From positions 4,156,001 through 4,220,000 of the forward strand of contig CM075997.1 in the NCBI GenBank assembly GCA_038087875.1: 64,000 bases of DNA, read 5' to 3'. This DNA is from Malacoraja senta (taxonomy: Eukaryota). The translations under genes and the position numbers were made by a program. The notes below the pieces were generated by a model, which was not told the origin of the DNA, did not search any database, and was given only the letters and a program-made list of their open reading frames with translations. This document shows, piece by piece, positions 37,501-52,500 of the stretch (position 1 is its first letter; each line of letters opens with the position of its first letter).

Positions 37501-40500
37501 TGTTTCACTGTTATCCCTGCTAGGGTAACTTTCCAGTCAACTTTGGCCAGCTCCTCCCTCATGGCTCCATAGTCCCCTTTATTCAACTGTAACACTGACA
37601 CCTCCAATTTACCCTTCTCCCTCTCCAATTGTAGATTAAACTTGACCATATTATGGTCACTACCTCCTAATGGCTCCTTAACCTCAAGTTCCTTTTATCA
37701 AATCCAGTTCATTACATAACACTATTAGGCTCCAATACAAGCTGCTCTAAGAATCCATCACGGAAGCACTCCACAAACTCCCTCTCTTGGGGTCCAGTAC
37801 CAACCTGATTTTCCCAGTCTACCTGCATGTTGAAATCTCCCATAACAACTGTAGCATTACCTTTACTACATGCCAATTTTAACTCCTGATTCAACTTGCA
37901 CCCTATTTCTAGGCTACTGTTTGGGGGCCTGTAGATGTCCTATTAGAGTCTTTTTACCCTTACAATTGCTTAGTTCTATCCATACTGACTCCACATCTCC
38001 TGTTTCAATGTCACCCCTTGCAAGGTACTGAATTTCATTCCTCACCAACAGAGCCACCCCCTCTGCCCACCTGTCTGTCTTTTTGATAGGAGGTATACCC
38101 TTGAATATTCAGTTCCCAGCCCTGGGCCCCTTGCAGCCATGTCTCTGTAATTCCCACAACATCATACTTGCCAATTTCTAACTGAGCCTCAAGTTCTTCC
38201 ACTTTATTTCTTATACTTTGCGCATTCATATACAACACTTTGACCTCCGTATTCACCTCCCCTCAATTGGCCCTGACCTCACTCTCTTATCCCTTCTCAA
38301 ACTTTCCTTCCCATTAATTCGAGAGCCTTTTTTAAAAAATGTTTTCCTGTACTCACTTCCTTCCAGGTAAACCACCTGGCACTTCCAAATTGCTATTGAC
38401 ATTCTTGGCAACAAACCAAAGGTGTGGTCCCCTTCACAATGCTGTAATGAATCACTTTGCCGATCAACCATCAGCCTGCAGGTGCCACGTGACACAGTAG
38501 AGCAGCTACGGTGGCACAGTGCCAGGTTCGATCCTGACAGTTGTTGTTTGTGTTGAGTTTGTATTTTTTCCCTGCAACAGCGTGGGCTCTGTCCCACATA
38601 CCAAAAACATGCAAGTTTATTGACTTCTGTTAAATTGCTCCTATGGTGTAGGGAATGGATGCGAAAATTGGATAGCAGGAGTGTAAACAAGTGATCGATG
38701 GTTGGTGCGGACTCGGTGGGCCCTGGGAACTGTTTCCACGCAGTGTCTCTAAAACATTCTCTAAACATGCGCGAGTTGGATCGTTAATATCACTCTGACC
38801 TGTGTCCTCGGCCCCCAAAATGGTTCAAAAATATTCAACACAAGATGGATAAATCATATCTCATCTTCCAATCAGTCAACCATGCAACAGATGGCCGACT
38901 GACGCAACTGGGAACAAAAGGGGGCGTATGAACTGGTTCTCCGGATAAGTGTGAAGCCTGAACTGCTGGCATTGAGTAACCACTGTTCCCCAAACATATT
39001 GACAAGGTTTCATTGTGACCCTCTACAATATGCTATCCATAAGGGGCTGTCCCGCTTGGGCGACCTAATTGGCGAGTTTAGGAGAGTTTGAAAAAAATGT
39101 CATGTTGAAGACCTCCTTCGACTAGCTACGACTAACTTCGGGAAAATTGGACACCAACACCGAATAGTGGAGAGTGAAGATGACCTCCTTTGACTATGAT
39201 GAAGACTATCTACGACTACCTTCGACTACCCCTCGATTACCTACGATTAACATGCCGACCTACTACGACTAAACCTACGAGTAACAAAAGTATTGATTTT
39301 TTCCATGGCGACCTTTTTTTTACTAGCGGGCATTTTTCAACAGGCCTCGAGTACGCGGAGACCACTCTCGAGCATGAAGGAGAGTCACAAAGACCTCCTA
39401 CGACCTTGTGTCGACCATGCTGCGAGTATGAGTCGAGGGCAAACTCGCCAGAACTCGCGGATTAGGTCGCCCAAGTGGGACTGCCCCTTTAAACCTCTCT
39501 GAACTTGTGTTTCTTTATCTGTTCCACAACCTAATTTTCCATTAACATCCCTTTTATAATCACCCCCCCCCCCCCCTCTCCCCAACCAGTCAAACATTTC
39601 TACATCATTTCTAAAAAACCCATAACATTTTCACTGGCTCGTACCCGTGTTCCAATGAAAAATTCAGGGGATTAGTTGCTACATCTATGACCAGTCTATT
39701 GAAGAAAATGGGGGTGAAGGGTTACTCCCTCCAACAAACAATCAAGACATTGTCAAATTCAGCAGAAAAAAAACAGCAATTGGCTTTGGATGAAAAGGAA
39801 AGACAACAATTGGGCTGCAAGATGAAGACAGGAGGATATGGAATTGAGGGGGGTGGACCTGGGACGTCAGGTATCACCGTTGAGCCCTCTGGAGACGTTG
39901 TGGGCTTATCGATGAAACGTCAAAGAAGGAGGGTGCCCACCTGGTGACCCCGATGATGTACCTACCCTACCTTTCACCACTCCAATCTCACTGCAAATAT
40001 CAAGAGAGCCGACTTACTACAGGGATTGAAACATCAAGTCCAATTAGCTCTCCTGACAAGATTTAGATAAGTTAAAATAAGCCTTTTTTGAAGCAGATTG
40101 AATTGCAGCCATTATAGTGGGGTCCTTTTAGCTGGTATGGATTTTGATTAGCTATTTTTAACCTCTGCCTCCTGTCCAATTGCAGTAGAAATTAGACGGC
40201 GTGTTTGCTCAATTGCTAGCAGAGAAATTGGGAGTTGCTGTATGACATGAACCAAAGTTGCCACCTGAAACAGAACAGCAGAGACATTTTATAATTCCAT
40301 ATTCCTCGTGTTTGGCAGCAGTAATACAGGATACTTCAACTGTGATCTGGGTCTGTTTCTAACCAAGCTCGAAAACAAGCCAGCTTTGAGGGGGGCAAAC
40401 TGGCTGGCACTGAACTTACTGCGGCAAAGACCACAAAATTCTGTGCATGTACAGCCGGCTTGATACCTAGTTTGTGTAATACAGCTCAATCTAAACATAC

Positions 40501-43500
40501 ACTGTCAACCAGCTGAATTTAAAGCCATTAATGGATCTGCCATCAGCACAATGCTCAAAAGATCCAATAATGAAGACATCAAAAGTAATTCATTTAGATT
40601 AGTGATACAGCACAGAATCTGCGCCGACCAGCGATATCCGCACATTAACGCTATCCTATGCACACTAGGGACAATTTACAATTATACCAAGCCTATTAAC
40701 CTACAAACTAGTACATCTTTGGAGTGTGGGAGGAAACCAGAGATCTTGGAGAAAACCCACACGGGTCATGGAGAGGACGTTCAAACTGCATACAGACAGC
40801 ACCCGTAGTCAGGATGGAACCAGGGTCTCTGGCGCTGTAAGGCAGCAACTCTACCGCTGCACCACCGTGCCACCCTAATTCCTGTTTTGTGTTGAGTTGG
40901 CAGATTAGCATTGGGTACTCACAAGACCTGCCATGCTAACAGTTAACTGACTCTTCGTGCAAAGCAAACACCATTTTTAGGGGAGAGGGAGCAGCAGCAA
41001 TCATTTGTAGCTGAGAACATTTAGAAATATGGGAACCGTCATGGTCACGTCAAATTTAGCCGTGATTTATGATCAACCGTGGAAAACCGAACAGATGAAT
41101 ACAGAACATAAAACCTACCGTAAAGAAACAGGCTCTTTGACAACAATATCTGTGCCGAACATGACGCCGAGACTAACCAATCTACTCTGCCTACACGTGG
41201 ATCCACATCCCTCAGTTCCCTGCCTGTTCGGGTGACTGTCTAAATGCCTCGAATTCATAATATTATTATGTTGCTATCGTGTCTGTTTCCACCATCCCCG
41301 CTGCAGCATGTTCCAAGCACCTATATTTGTATCAGAATATTAGCCCACACATCACCTTTAAATTTAGACCCACTGATTTTAAAGCTACGCTTCAAGTCTT
41401 TTGAGTTGTCCACCCAGGGAAAATTTGTGCAACACATCTTCTTTAAACTTAAACCCTCTGACGCCAGTCTATGCCCTCAAGTCATTCTGACTGTCTCTGT
41501 CTTTCATAATTTTGTATACTTGACTTCTATCAGGTCTCCCTTTAAGCCTCCCACATTCTAGAGAAACAAAGCAAGTTTGCCCTAGCTTTCCTTTCAGCTA
41601 CTACTATCTAATATAGGTAGCATTCTAATAACCCTCCTCTGCAACCTCTCCAAAGCCTCCACATCCTTTGTAATGTGGTGATTAAAGCTGCAAACAAGAT
41701 TCCAAATGCAGTCAAACCAAAATTTTATAGAGGTGCAACATTACTTCCGGACTCTTATGCACAGTGCCCCAACCAATGAAGGCAAGCACACCTACCATAG
41801 GGCTTCTTTACCAGTACCCACCTGTGTTGCCACTGTCAGGGAGCAACAGGGTTGGAAATGGCCATAAACACTGCTGGAAAATCAATGTGCTGGACCCACA
41901 GCTTTCTCAAACCCTGCGTCCCATAGCCGAGGAAACCACACAAACCATAGTTTAAAAAAGCCATTGAAGTACAACGATTAGAACCTGTTAAATACTACAT
42001 TTACCGATATATCCTACTAGTGGCGATTGGCGGAACCCAACATGTCCTAGTTTTACCTGAAACAGTCACATTGACAGTAAGTTGCGGCAGGTTCTCCATC
42101 TTATCTATGTAAGCCTGTGCTCACCTCAAGAAGGGGTTAATATACCATCCATTGCCTATTAGACTCGATAACAATCAGCACTGGAGCACCTCAAGGCTGC
42201 GTGCTCAGCCCCCTGCTGTACTAACTCTATACTCATGACTGCGTAGCCGGTCATAGTGCAAACTCCATCATCAAGTTCGTTGACGACACCACTGTTGTGG
42301 GACGTATCACTGATGGGGATGAGTCAGAGTATAGTAGAGAGATCGAGCAACTGTCCATATGGTGCCAGCACAATAACCTGGCCCTCAACACTGATTGTGG
42401 ACTTTGGAAGGAGTAGAATGGGGACCCACAATCCCGTTTATATCAACGGGTCGATGGTTGAAAGGGTCAAGAGCTTCAAATTCCTGGGTGTGCACATCTC
42501 TGAATATCTTTCCTGGTCCGAGAACACTGATGCCATTATTAAGAAAGCACATCAGCGCCTCTACTTCCTGAGAAGATTACGGAGAGTCGGTTTGTCAAGG
42601 TGGACTCTCTCTAACTTCTACAGGTGCACAGTAGAGAACATGCTGACCGGTTGCATCGTGGCTTGGTTCGGCAACTTGAGCGCCCTGGAGAGGAAAAGAC
42701 TACAAAAAGTAGTAAACACTGCCCAGTCCATCATCGGCTCTGACCTCCCTTCCACCGAGGGGATCTATCACAGTCGCTGCCTCAAAAAGGCTGGCAGTAT
42801 CATCAAGGACCCACACCACCCTGGCCACACACTCATCTCCCTGCTACCTTCAGTTAGAAGGTACAGGAGCCTGAAGACTGCAATGATCAGGTTCAGGAAT
42901 AGCTACTTCCCCACAGCCATCAGGCGATTAAACTTGGCTCGGACAAAACTCTGAACATTAATAGCCCATTATCTGTTATTTGCACTTGATCAGTTTATTT
43001 ATTCATGTGTGTATATATTTATATAATGGTATATGGACACACTGATCTGTTTTGTAGTCAATGCCTACTATGTTCTGTTGTGCTGAAGCAAAGCAAGAAA
43101 TTCATTGTCCTATCAGGGATACATGACAATAAACTCACTTGAACTTGAACTTGATTAGTAATAACTATTGAGAAAACTTGACTTTCAAGTCAGCAACAAG
43201 CGTATTAAAATCAGGGACCTTGTATAAGTTGACGGTTAACTTGCACAGGTGCAAGATGCATTATATAGACGTAACTAATTAAAAACAAGCTTTTGCATAA
43301 CATAACAAAGAAAGAGATTAGTTAAAACAAATGTAGGTCCCTTGCAGTCAGAAACAGGTGAGTTGATCATGGGGAACAAGGATATGGCGGACCAATTGAA
43401 TAACTACTTTGGTTCCGTCTTCACTAAGGAAGACATAAATAATCTGCCGGAAATAGCAGGGGACCGCAGGTCAAAGCAGTTGGAGGAATTGAGTGAAATC

Positions 43501-46487
43501 CAGGTTAGTCGGGAAGTGGTGTTGGGTAAATTGAATGGATTAAAGGCCGATAAATCCCCAGGGCCAGATAGACTGCATCCCAGAGTACTTAAGGAAGTAG
43601 CCCCAGAAATAGTGGATGCATTAGTAATAATCTTTCAAAACTCTTTAGATTCTGGAGTAGTTCCTGAGGATTGGAGGGTAACAATCGTAACCCCACTTTT
43701 TAAGAAGGGAGGGCGAGAGAAAACGGGGAATTACAGACCAGTTAGTCTAACATCGGTAGTGGGGAAACTGCTAGAGTCAGTTATTAAAGATGGGATAGCA
43801 GCACATTTGGAAAGTGGTGAAATCATTGGACAAAGTCAGCATGGATTTACAAAAGGTAAATCATGTCTGACGAATCTTATAGAATTTTTCGAGGATGTAA
43901 CTAGTAGCGTGGATAGGGGAGAACCAGTGGATGTGGTGTATCTGGACTTCCAGAAGGCTTTCAACAAGGTCCCACATAAGAGATCAGTATACAAACTTAA
44001 AGCACATGGCATTGGGGGTTCAGTATTGATGTGGATAGAGAACTGGCTGGCAAACAGGAAGCAAAGAGTAGGAGTAAACGGGTCCTTTTCACAATGGCAG
44101 GCAGTGACTAGTGGGGTACCGCAAGGCTCAGTGCTGGGACCCCAGCTATTTACAATATGTATTAATGATCTGGATGAGGGAATTGAAGGCAATATCTCCA
44201 AGTTTGCGGATGACACTAAGCTGGGGGGCAGTGTTAGCTGTGAGGAGGATGCTAGGAGACTGCAAGGTGACTTGGATAGGCTGGGTGAGTGGGCAAATGT
44301 TTGGCAGATGCAGTATAATGTGGATAAATGTGAGGTTATCCATTTTGGTGGCAAAAACAGGAAAGCAGACTATTATCTAAATGGTGGCCGACTAGGAAAA
44401 GGGGAGATGCAGCGAGACCTGGGTGTCATGGTACACCAGTCATTGAAAGTAGGCATGCAGGTGCAGCAGGCAGTTGAAGAAAGCGAATGGTATGTTAGCT
44501 TTCATAGCAAAAGGATTTGAGTATAGGAGCAGGGAGGTTCTACTGCAGTTGTACAGGGTCTTGGTGAGACCACACCTGGAGTATTGCGTACAGTTTTGGT
44601 CTCCAAATCTGAGGAAGGACATTATTGCCATAGAGGGAGTGCAGAGAAGGTTCACCAGACTGATTCCTGGGATGTCAGGACTGTCTTATGAAGAAAGACT
44701 GGATAGACTTGGTTTATACTCTCTAGAATTTAGGAGATTGAGAGTGGATCTTATAGAAACTTACAAAATTCTTAAGGGGTTGGACAGGCTAGATGCAGGA
44801 AGATTGCTCCCGATGTTGGGGAAGTCCAGGACAAGGGGTCACAGCTTAAGGATAAGGGGGAAATCCTTTAAAACCGAGATAAGAACCTTTTTCACGCAGA
44901 GAGTGGTGAATCTCTGGAACTCTCTGCCACAGAGGGTAGTCGAGACCAGTTCATTGGCTATATTTAAGAGGGAGTTAGATGTGGCCCTTGTGGCTAAAGG
45001 GATCAGAGGGTATGGAGAGAAGGCAGGTACGGGATACTGAGTTGGATGATCAGCCATGATCATATTGAATGGCGGTGCAGGCCCAAAGGGCCGAATGGCC
45101 TACTCCTGCACCTAATTTCTATGTTTCTATGTCGATGAAGATTAAGAAAGGCTGTATTTCGAGAATGAATTGAGGCAACGCCTATTGTAATTACATATTA
45201 CGATAAGGTGTCCAAATATTAATACAAATGCTGGAACACCCATCATTCTGACACGAAAACAATCGTAAATGTTTTTCCTAGAGCTCCGAGCCATCCAAAT
45301 TAAAAGAACATTTAAGATTATCACGCACTTCTAACAAAGACACAAACACTTCAAAACTCAAATTCCACTCAAGGGAAACTGAAAATGAATTTGAGCCCTA
45401 CCTTGATTGCCTTTAGATCCACCTGGCCCATGTTGGAAAATGCCAAAGAAAATTGGAAGAAAGAAAGCACATATTGTTAATTCCCATACAACCTACAACA
45501 TACAATCTGTTGCCTAAAATTAATTTACGTGGGGCTTTATACCACACAAGACAAGGAACAAGTGATAACTGCCCTGTATTTCAGAAATAACAAATATATT
45601 GGGAGAGCAAACAAACTATTCACATTATCAGGTACATTCATTCAAGACTATAGTTCCTCAATATATATACTACGTATTTCTGAAGATCTTTCCTGGACCC
45701 AGCACACTGATGCAATTATAGAGAAACCACATCAACGCCTTCACTTCCTGAGAAGATTGCGGAGTTCCAGTATGTCAGAGAGGATTCTCTTAAACTTCTA
45801 CAGGTGTACAGTAGATAACATATTGACTGGTTGAATCACGGCCTGGTTTGGCAACTTGAATGCCCAGGAGTGAAGAGGACTGCAAACAGTTGTGAACACT
45901 GCCCAGACCATCACGGGTTCTGACCTCCCCACCATCAAAGGGATTTACCGGAGTCGCTGCTTCAAAAAGGCAGCCAGCATCAGAGACCCACAGCATCCTG
46001 GCCACACTCTCATTTTACCCCTGCCATCGGGAAGAAGGTGCAGGAACCTGAAAATTATAACGTCCTGCTTCAGGAACAGCTTCTGCCCTACAGCCATCAG
46101 ACTATTAAACACTATAACCTCCAAATAAGCTCATACACAAATATTATTTGTTTGTTTTTTATGCGTACATATATATGTATGTATAGGAAGGAAATGCAGA
46201 TGTTGGTTTAAACCAAAGATAGATACAACTCAGCGGGACAGGCAGCATCTCTGGAGAGAAGGAATGGGTGAGATTTCGGGTCGAGACCCTTCTTCAGTCC
46301 TGAAACGTCACCCATTCCTTCTCTCCAGAGATGCTACCTGTCCCGCTGAGTTACTCCAGCAGCATGTGTTTGTGTGTGTGCGTGCACGCACACATATATA
46401 CACACATATACACACACACACATATATATATATATATACACACACACATATACACATACATACATATATATGTATACATATATATGT

Positions 46488-46528
<41 letters not shown>

Positions 46529-49500
46529 AAATATATGTATGGGTGAGTATGTGTGTATATATACACACTCACTGAACTTATTTTTCTCGTTTATTATATT
46601 GATTACAGTGTACTATGTTTACATATTCTGTTGTTATGCTGCAAGTAAGAATTTCATTTTTTCCATCTGGGACACATGACAATAAAACACTCTTGACTCC
46701 TGGAAACACACCATATCTCAATTATAGATAATTAACTAGCTAAATGCTCAAATTGGGCAACAGCTAAACACAACAAAGATTGGAATTTGAAAACGCACAA
46801 TTATGACACCCCACAGAATGTTTAAATACTAACTCTCACGAGCATGTCATTCCATTAAAACAGGACAACAACATTGCTTGACGGTTAAGCAGAACTATAA
46901 ATCACCTACCTTTCCCACTGAAAAATATGACACTTTTAGGCCTCTTCACGTCAACCTTGTCCGATATCTGTAAAACAATTAAAATTTACAAGCCTCAAAC
47001 ACAGATATTAGTAGCAAAATAATCAGCCCAGGAATTGTGACACTTAAGGTAAGCAAAGTGAAGTACAAAGCAGAAATAAAGCTGCATTTTAGTTTCTCAT
47101 CCTGTGCATTTGAGGCATCCTGTAATATCTCAGTCCCCCTCAATCTAGAACAGATTCCCTGTGCAATATATAACCCATTTTCAGGAGGGATATCTCTTGC
47201 CGAACAGCGGGTGGATAGCCTACATTTAATGCAAGTATCACAATAATGAATTAAAAGATATCAAAGGATGATAGACTGATGTGGGGTCTGGGAGCGTACA
47301 CTGCTCTCATGGCTTCAGGTTAAGGGAATCTTCTACTGATAATCATCTAGCTTCTGCCTTAACCTTGAATGTCACTTAGATTGGGGGAAACAAAGGCAGA
47401 GAATATAGTCTGTAATCTATATTTTATGAAGAGACACCTACTAAAACCTCTTGCAGCGAACCAAACTGGTCAGGTCCTAGGTCGACGGTTGCTAAATGCA
47501 GAACATAGAATAGTACAGCACAAGAACAGGTCCTTCCACCCGCAATATCAGTGCCGAACACGATGCCAAGACCATCACTTCATCTACATGCAGGTAACCC
47601 ATATCCCTCATTCCTTGCCTATCCAAAAGTAATTTAAATGCCACTAACATGTCTGCTTCAACCACTACCCCTGGCAGAGCGTTCCAGACAAAGATCCTAT
47701 AGACCACGTCTTCTAAATGCAATGGGCTGACGTGTAGTACGCAACGGAGAGGAACGTGGGCCTTTTTTTCACCCATTTCAGTAACCGGACCCGACCCGAC
47801 TCACGGGGGAACAGTTTGTGTTGATAAATTATAATTCTGAAAATGAGAAGATTTTTTACCAAAGAACTTTTATTTTTACGAGGACGTTTCCGTAACCGGC
47901 TTCCGTCTCTGCACTAGTTATCTTTGCTCCGCTATGGGATCTTTGGTGCAGAGACGGAAGCCGGTTACGGAAATGGGGCCGAAAATTACCCATGAATCTG
48001 CCCATGACCATACCATGTCTTTTTCGTCAAGTGATCTATCTTGCTTGCTATGGGATCTTTGGTTCCAGACACTCACCATCTGTGCAAAAATACTTGACCC
48101 GCATCTCTCTTTAAACATTGCCCCTCTGACCTTAAAGTTATGCCCTCTAGTTTTTGATTTTTCCATCCTGGAAAAAAGATTCTGACTGTAATGTGTTAAG
48201 CGACAAAGCCACAACTTCCTCAAATCAACTTATTCGATCATAAGTTAAAGTGTCGCCCATATTACTTGTGGCATTCAAGTGGCTTTTGGATAGGCACACG
48301 GATATGCAGAGAATGGAGGGATATGAACAGTGTGTAGGCAGAGGACATTAGTTTAATGGTATTGTGTTCAGCACGGGCATTGTGGCTGAAAGGCCTGCTC
48401 TTATGCTACACTGTTCTATTTTCTAATAGCAGGGTGAGCACTGGGGCTCCACGGCTGGGGCCGTCCACGGTCTGGTGTTGCACAGCAATATTTTGGAATA
48501 GGACAGTTCAAACTCAATGTCCACAAAGAAAAAATAAATACAAACCTGATGGAATACTTCTTCTCCAATGCCTGGAGGAGCACTGAAGAAATGTAGCATA
48601 TTATTGGGCTTCTGGATTCGATTTTTGGCAGCTTGCTTTACATTTGTGAAGCGGTTATTTCGATTAGTTGCATAATCCTTGAAACTACAAGAGCCATCAT
48701 CCAACTCAAATGATTGGCCAGGAACAATTACTTTCTGTTTTGACACACTGTGGGAAGAGGGGAGAAAACATATCAGCGAGAGATACAAGGGCAGATGTTA
48801 AACTATGTTAACATCTAGTTTTAAACTATTGATTACCAATTTAGAGATCTACACCAATAGCTTTGGGACTGTTTCAAATCCCACTCACATTTACAGTTAA
48901 ATAAAATGCTAGTATCTGAAGTAGTGCCCATTAAATTACACAGCCATCATAAGAAATCATCTTAGAAAGGTGACTCACAGGGAAAGACAGTTTAAAAAGA
49001 GCGGCAAGACCCGGTCCCGGCCCCAGTCCTTATGTGGAGCTCGGAGACGCAGCAAGCAGAGAGAAGAGACTATTGGCTTGGAAGTCCGTGAGAAAGAAGG
49101 TGAGTCAGAGGGAAAGACAGTTTAAAAAGGGCGCCAAGACCCAGGTTCAGGTAATTTACTAATTAGCCCTAAAGTAGTTAATTAGGTAAGAGATTAAAAA
49201 CAAGTGCAGTTGTAGTGGAGCGGCCTTGCTGCGGTGAAGTGCCTTGGTGAGTAAAGTGTGAGTCTTTGGCTCCAGAGTCTTCGGCGACGAGACTGAGGCA
49301 AGGAGGCTACACTTGATTCGAAAGCTGTGATATTTTTTGTCCATTGATGAAATGGCAAGTAAGTTCATGCAGTGTGTTTCCTGCAGGATGTGGGAAGTCA
49401 GGGACACTGCTGGTACTTCTGGAAACCACACCTGCGGAAATTGTGTACAGGTGCAGGCCCTGAATGAATGTGTTGGGGAACGGGAGCAGCAGACCTCGGG

Positions 49501-52500
49501 GCCATCCGGGAAAACGAGAATTTCCTGGACAGGACCTATAGTGAGGTTGTCACACCAAGGATACAGGAAGAGCGAATGTGGGTGACTGTGAGAAAAAGGA
49601 GTAAACGTGGAGTGCAAGAGACTCCGGAGGCTGTACCTACTGAAAACAGGTACACCCTCTTGGAAGCGGACGACACAACAAGATTGAGTAGTAGCCAGGG
49701 CTGTGACTAACCCTGGTGCCGAGGCTCAATGGGGAAGAGTGACGTCAGGCAGAGCCGTAGGGGTGGGAGACTCCATCGTCAGAGGTGCGGACCGGAGATT
49801 CTGCAGCAACAGGCAAGACCACAGGATGGTGTGTTGCCTCCCTGGTGTCAAACAATAGACAATAGGTGCAGGAGTAGGCCATTCGGCCCTTCGAGCCAGC
49901 ACCGCCATTCAATATGATCATGGCTGATCACAGGGTCCAGGACGTCTCGGAGTGGCTGCACGGCATCCTCGAGAGTGAGGGGGAGCAGCCAGAGGTTGTG
50001 CATGTTGGCACGAATGATATAGGTTGGAAGATGAAGGATGTTCTGCAACAAGAATTTATGAAATTGAGCAGAAGGCTGAAAAGCAGGACCTGCAAGGTAG
50101 TGATCTCAGGATTGCTTCCAGTACCTCGTGCTAGTGAAGGTAAGAATAGGAAGACAGAGTATATGAATGTATGGCTGAGGAGTTGGTGCACTGGGCAGGG
50201 ATTCGTATTTCAGGATCATTGGGACTCCTCCGGGGCAGGGAAGACTTGTATAAAAGGGACGGCTTGCACCTAAACTGGAGGGGGACCAACATCCTAGCGG
50301 CAAGGTTTGCTAATGCTACACGGGAGGGTTTAAATTAGATTGGCAGGGGGGTGGGATCTCGTGCAGGACAGGCACAGGAGAGGCTACAAGTTGGAATGGA
50401 GGGTGGTGTGGGAAAGGTTAATGGACAGAATAGGCAAAAAGGCAGAGAGCGGGGAAGGAGGGTTGGTTTAAACGGCACATATTTTATTGCAAGGGGCCTG
50501 ACGGGTAAGGCAGATGAGCTTAGGGCGTGGATAGGTACGAGCGACTGGGACGTTGTAGCCATGACTGAAACCTGGTTAAGGGAAGGGCAGGACTGGCAGC
50601 TAAATGCTCCAGGGTACAGGAGCTTCAGGAGAGACAGGGGTGAGGGGAAAACGAGGAGGGGTTGCATTGTTGGTTAAGGAGGATGTTACGGCTGTGTTCA
50701 GAAGTGACATTACGGACGGTTCGTCTAGTAAGTCTATATGGGTGGAGCTGAGGAACAAGAAAGGGATGATCACCTTGTTGGGGGGTGTACTATAGACCCC
50801 CGAATAGTCAACGGGAATTAGAAGAACAAATGTGCCGGGAGATTGCAGACAGCTGCAGGTCAAATAAGGTTGTTGTAGTAGGGGATTTCAACTTTCCCAA
50901 TATAGACTGGGAAAATCATAGCATGAAGGGTTTAGATGGGGTGCAATTCCTCCAATGTGTTCAGGAGAGTTTTCTTAAACAGTATGTGGAGGCCCCCACA
51001 CGTGAGAGGGCGACGCTGGATCTAGTATTGGGAAATTGGGAAGAGCAAGTTAATGAAGTGTGTGTGGAGGAGCCTTTTGGGACCAGTGACCACAGTTTGA
51101 TTAGGTTTAAGATAGTTATGGATCGGGACAGAGAGGGTCCACGTGTTAAAATGCCAACTTTGAGGGTACGAAAGAAGGCTTTGCTCAAGTTGACTGGAGC
51201 AGGTTATTTGAGTGGAAAGGAATATCGGCCAAGTGGGATGTTTTTAAAAGTGTATTGAAGAGAGTTCAGGATGTGTATGTCCCCGTTAGAGTGAAAGGCA
51301 AAGCAGGCAAACGTAAGGAAGCTTGGCTGACGAGGGAAATTGAGACTTTAGTCAAAAACAAGAAGGATGCATGGGACAGGTATAGGCAGCTGGGATTAAG
51401 CGCATCCCTGGAGGAGTTTCGGGAACTAAGGAGCAAACTAAAAACGGAGGGCAAAAAGGGGCCAGGAGATAGCTCTGGCAGATAGCATAAAAGACAATCC
51501 CAAAAGACTTTATAAATACATTAGGGGGAAAAGATTAACTAGAGAGAGAGAGTGAGTTGGACCTCTCAGGAATAAAATGGTCACCTGTGTGGAGCCACAG
51601 GAGATGGGCAAGATCCTCAATGAGTATTTCTCCTCTGTATTTACCAAGGAGAAAGACAGGTCAGAGGAAATTGGAGCAGTCACTGGAAGTATCATGAGAG
51701 CAGTCAGTGTTACCATCGAAGAGGTACTGAAGGTGCTGTCGTGTTTGAAGGTAGACAAATCTCCAGGGCTTGATCAGATATATCCGAGGACATTGCAGGC
51801 GCCCTAGTTGAAATTTATGAGTCGTCCTTAAATGCAGGAGAGGATTGGAGGATGGCAAATGTTGTGCCTCTTTTCAAGAAGGGCTGCAGGGAAAATGCTG
51901 GGAACTATAGGCCGGTGATCTTAACATCTGTAGTTGGTAAGTTACTGGAGAGTATTTGGAGGGATAGGATATACAGGGCAAGGGCTGATTAGGGACAATC
52001 AACATGGTTTTGTACGTGGGAGGTCGTGTCTCACAAATCTGATTTTTTTGAAGACATGAGCAAAAAGGTTGATGAGGGCAGAGCTGTAGATGTTGTGTAC
52101 ATGGACTTTAGTAAGGCGTTCGACAAGGTGCCGCATGGTAGGCTGCTCTGGAAGGTTAGATCTCATGGGATCCAAGGAGAGATAGCTGAATGGATAGCAA
52201 ATTGGCTCCATGGAAGGAAGCAGAGGGTGACGATGGAAGGTTGCTTCTCAGAATGAAGGCCTGTTCGGTGCTGGGCCCATTACCATTTGTCATCTACATC
52301 AATGAATTGGATTAGAACATACAGTGCAAGATTAGCAAGTTTGCTGATGATACAAAAGTTAGTGGCTTTGCAGATAGTGAAGATGGTTGTGAACGATTGC
52401 AGCAAAATCTGGACCGATTGGCCAGGTGGGCGGAGGAATGGTTGTTGGAATTTAATAGAGCTGTATGAGCTGTTACATTTTGAGACGTCGAACAAGGACA

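Noticed and set aside
39100..39300. Short repeated cgacta/gacctcc units resembling a CRISPR-like array
   Set aside because: They are irregular internal repeats of a Harbinger-like MITE in a eukaryotic genome, with no constant repeat-spacer structure.
38500..40876. tRNA-like A/B boxes at about 38510 and 40810-40876 as tRNA genes
   Set aside because: They are SINE heads joined to a V-SINE-like core, with no complete cloverleaf.
46264..46575. Overlapping H/T/Y/I- and C/V-rich ORFs, and a CA repeat as an hnRNP L site
   Set aside because: These are translations of a (TA/CA)n microsatellite in a LINE 3' region. On the sense strand it is mostly UG/UA, not CA.
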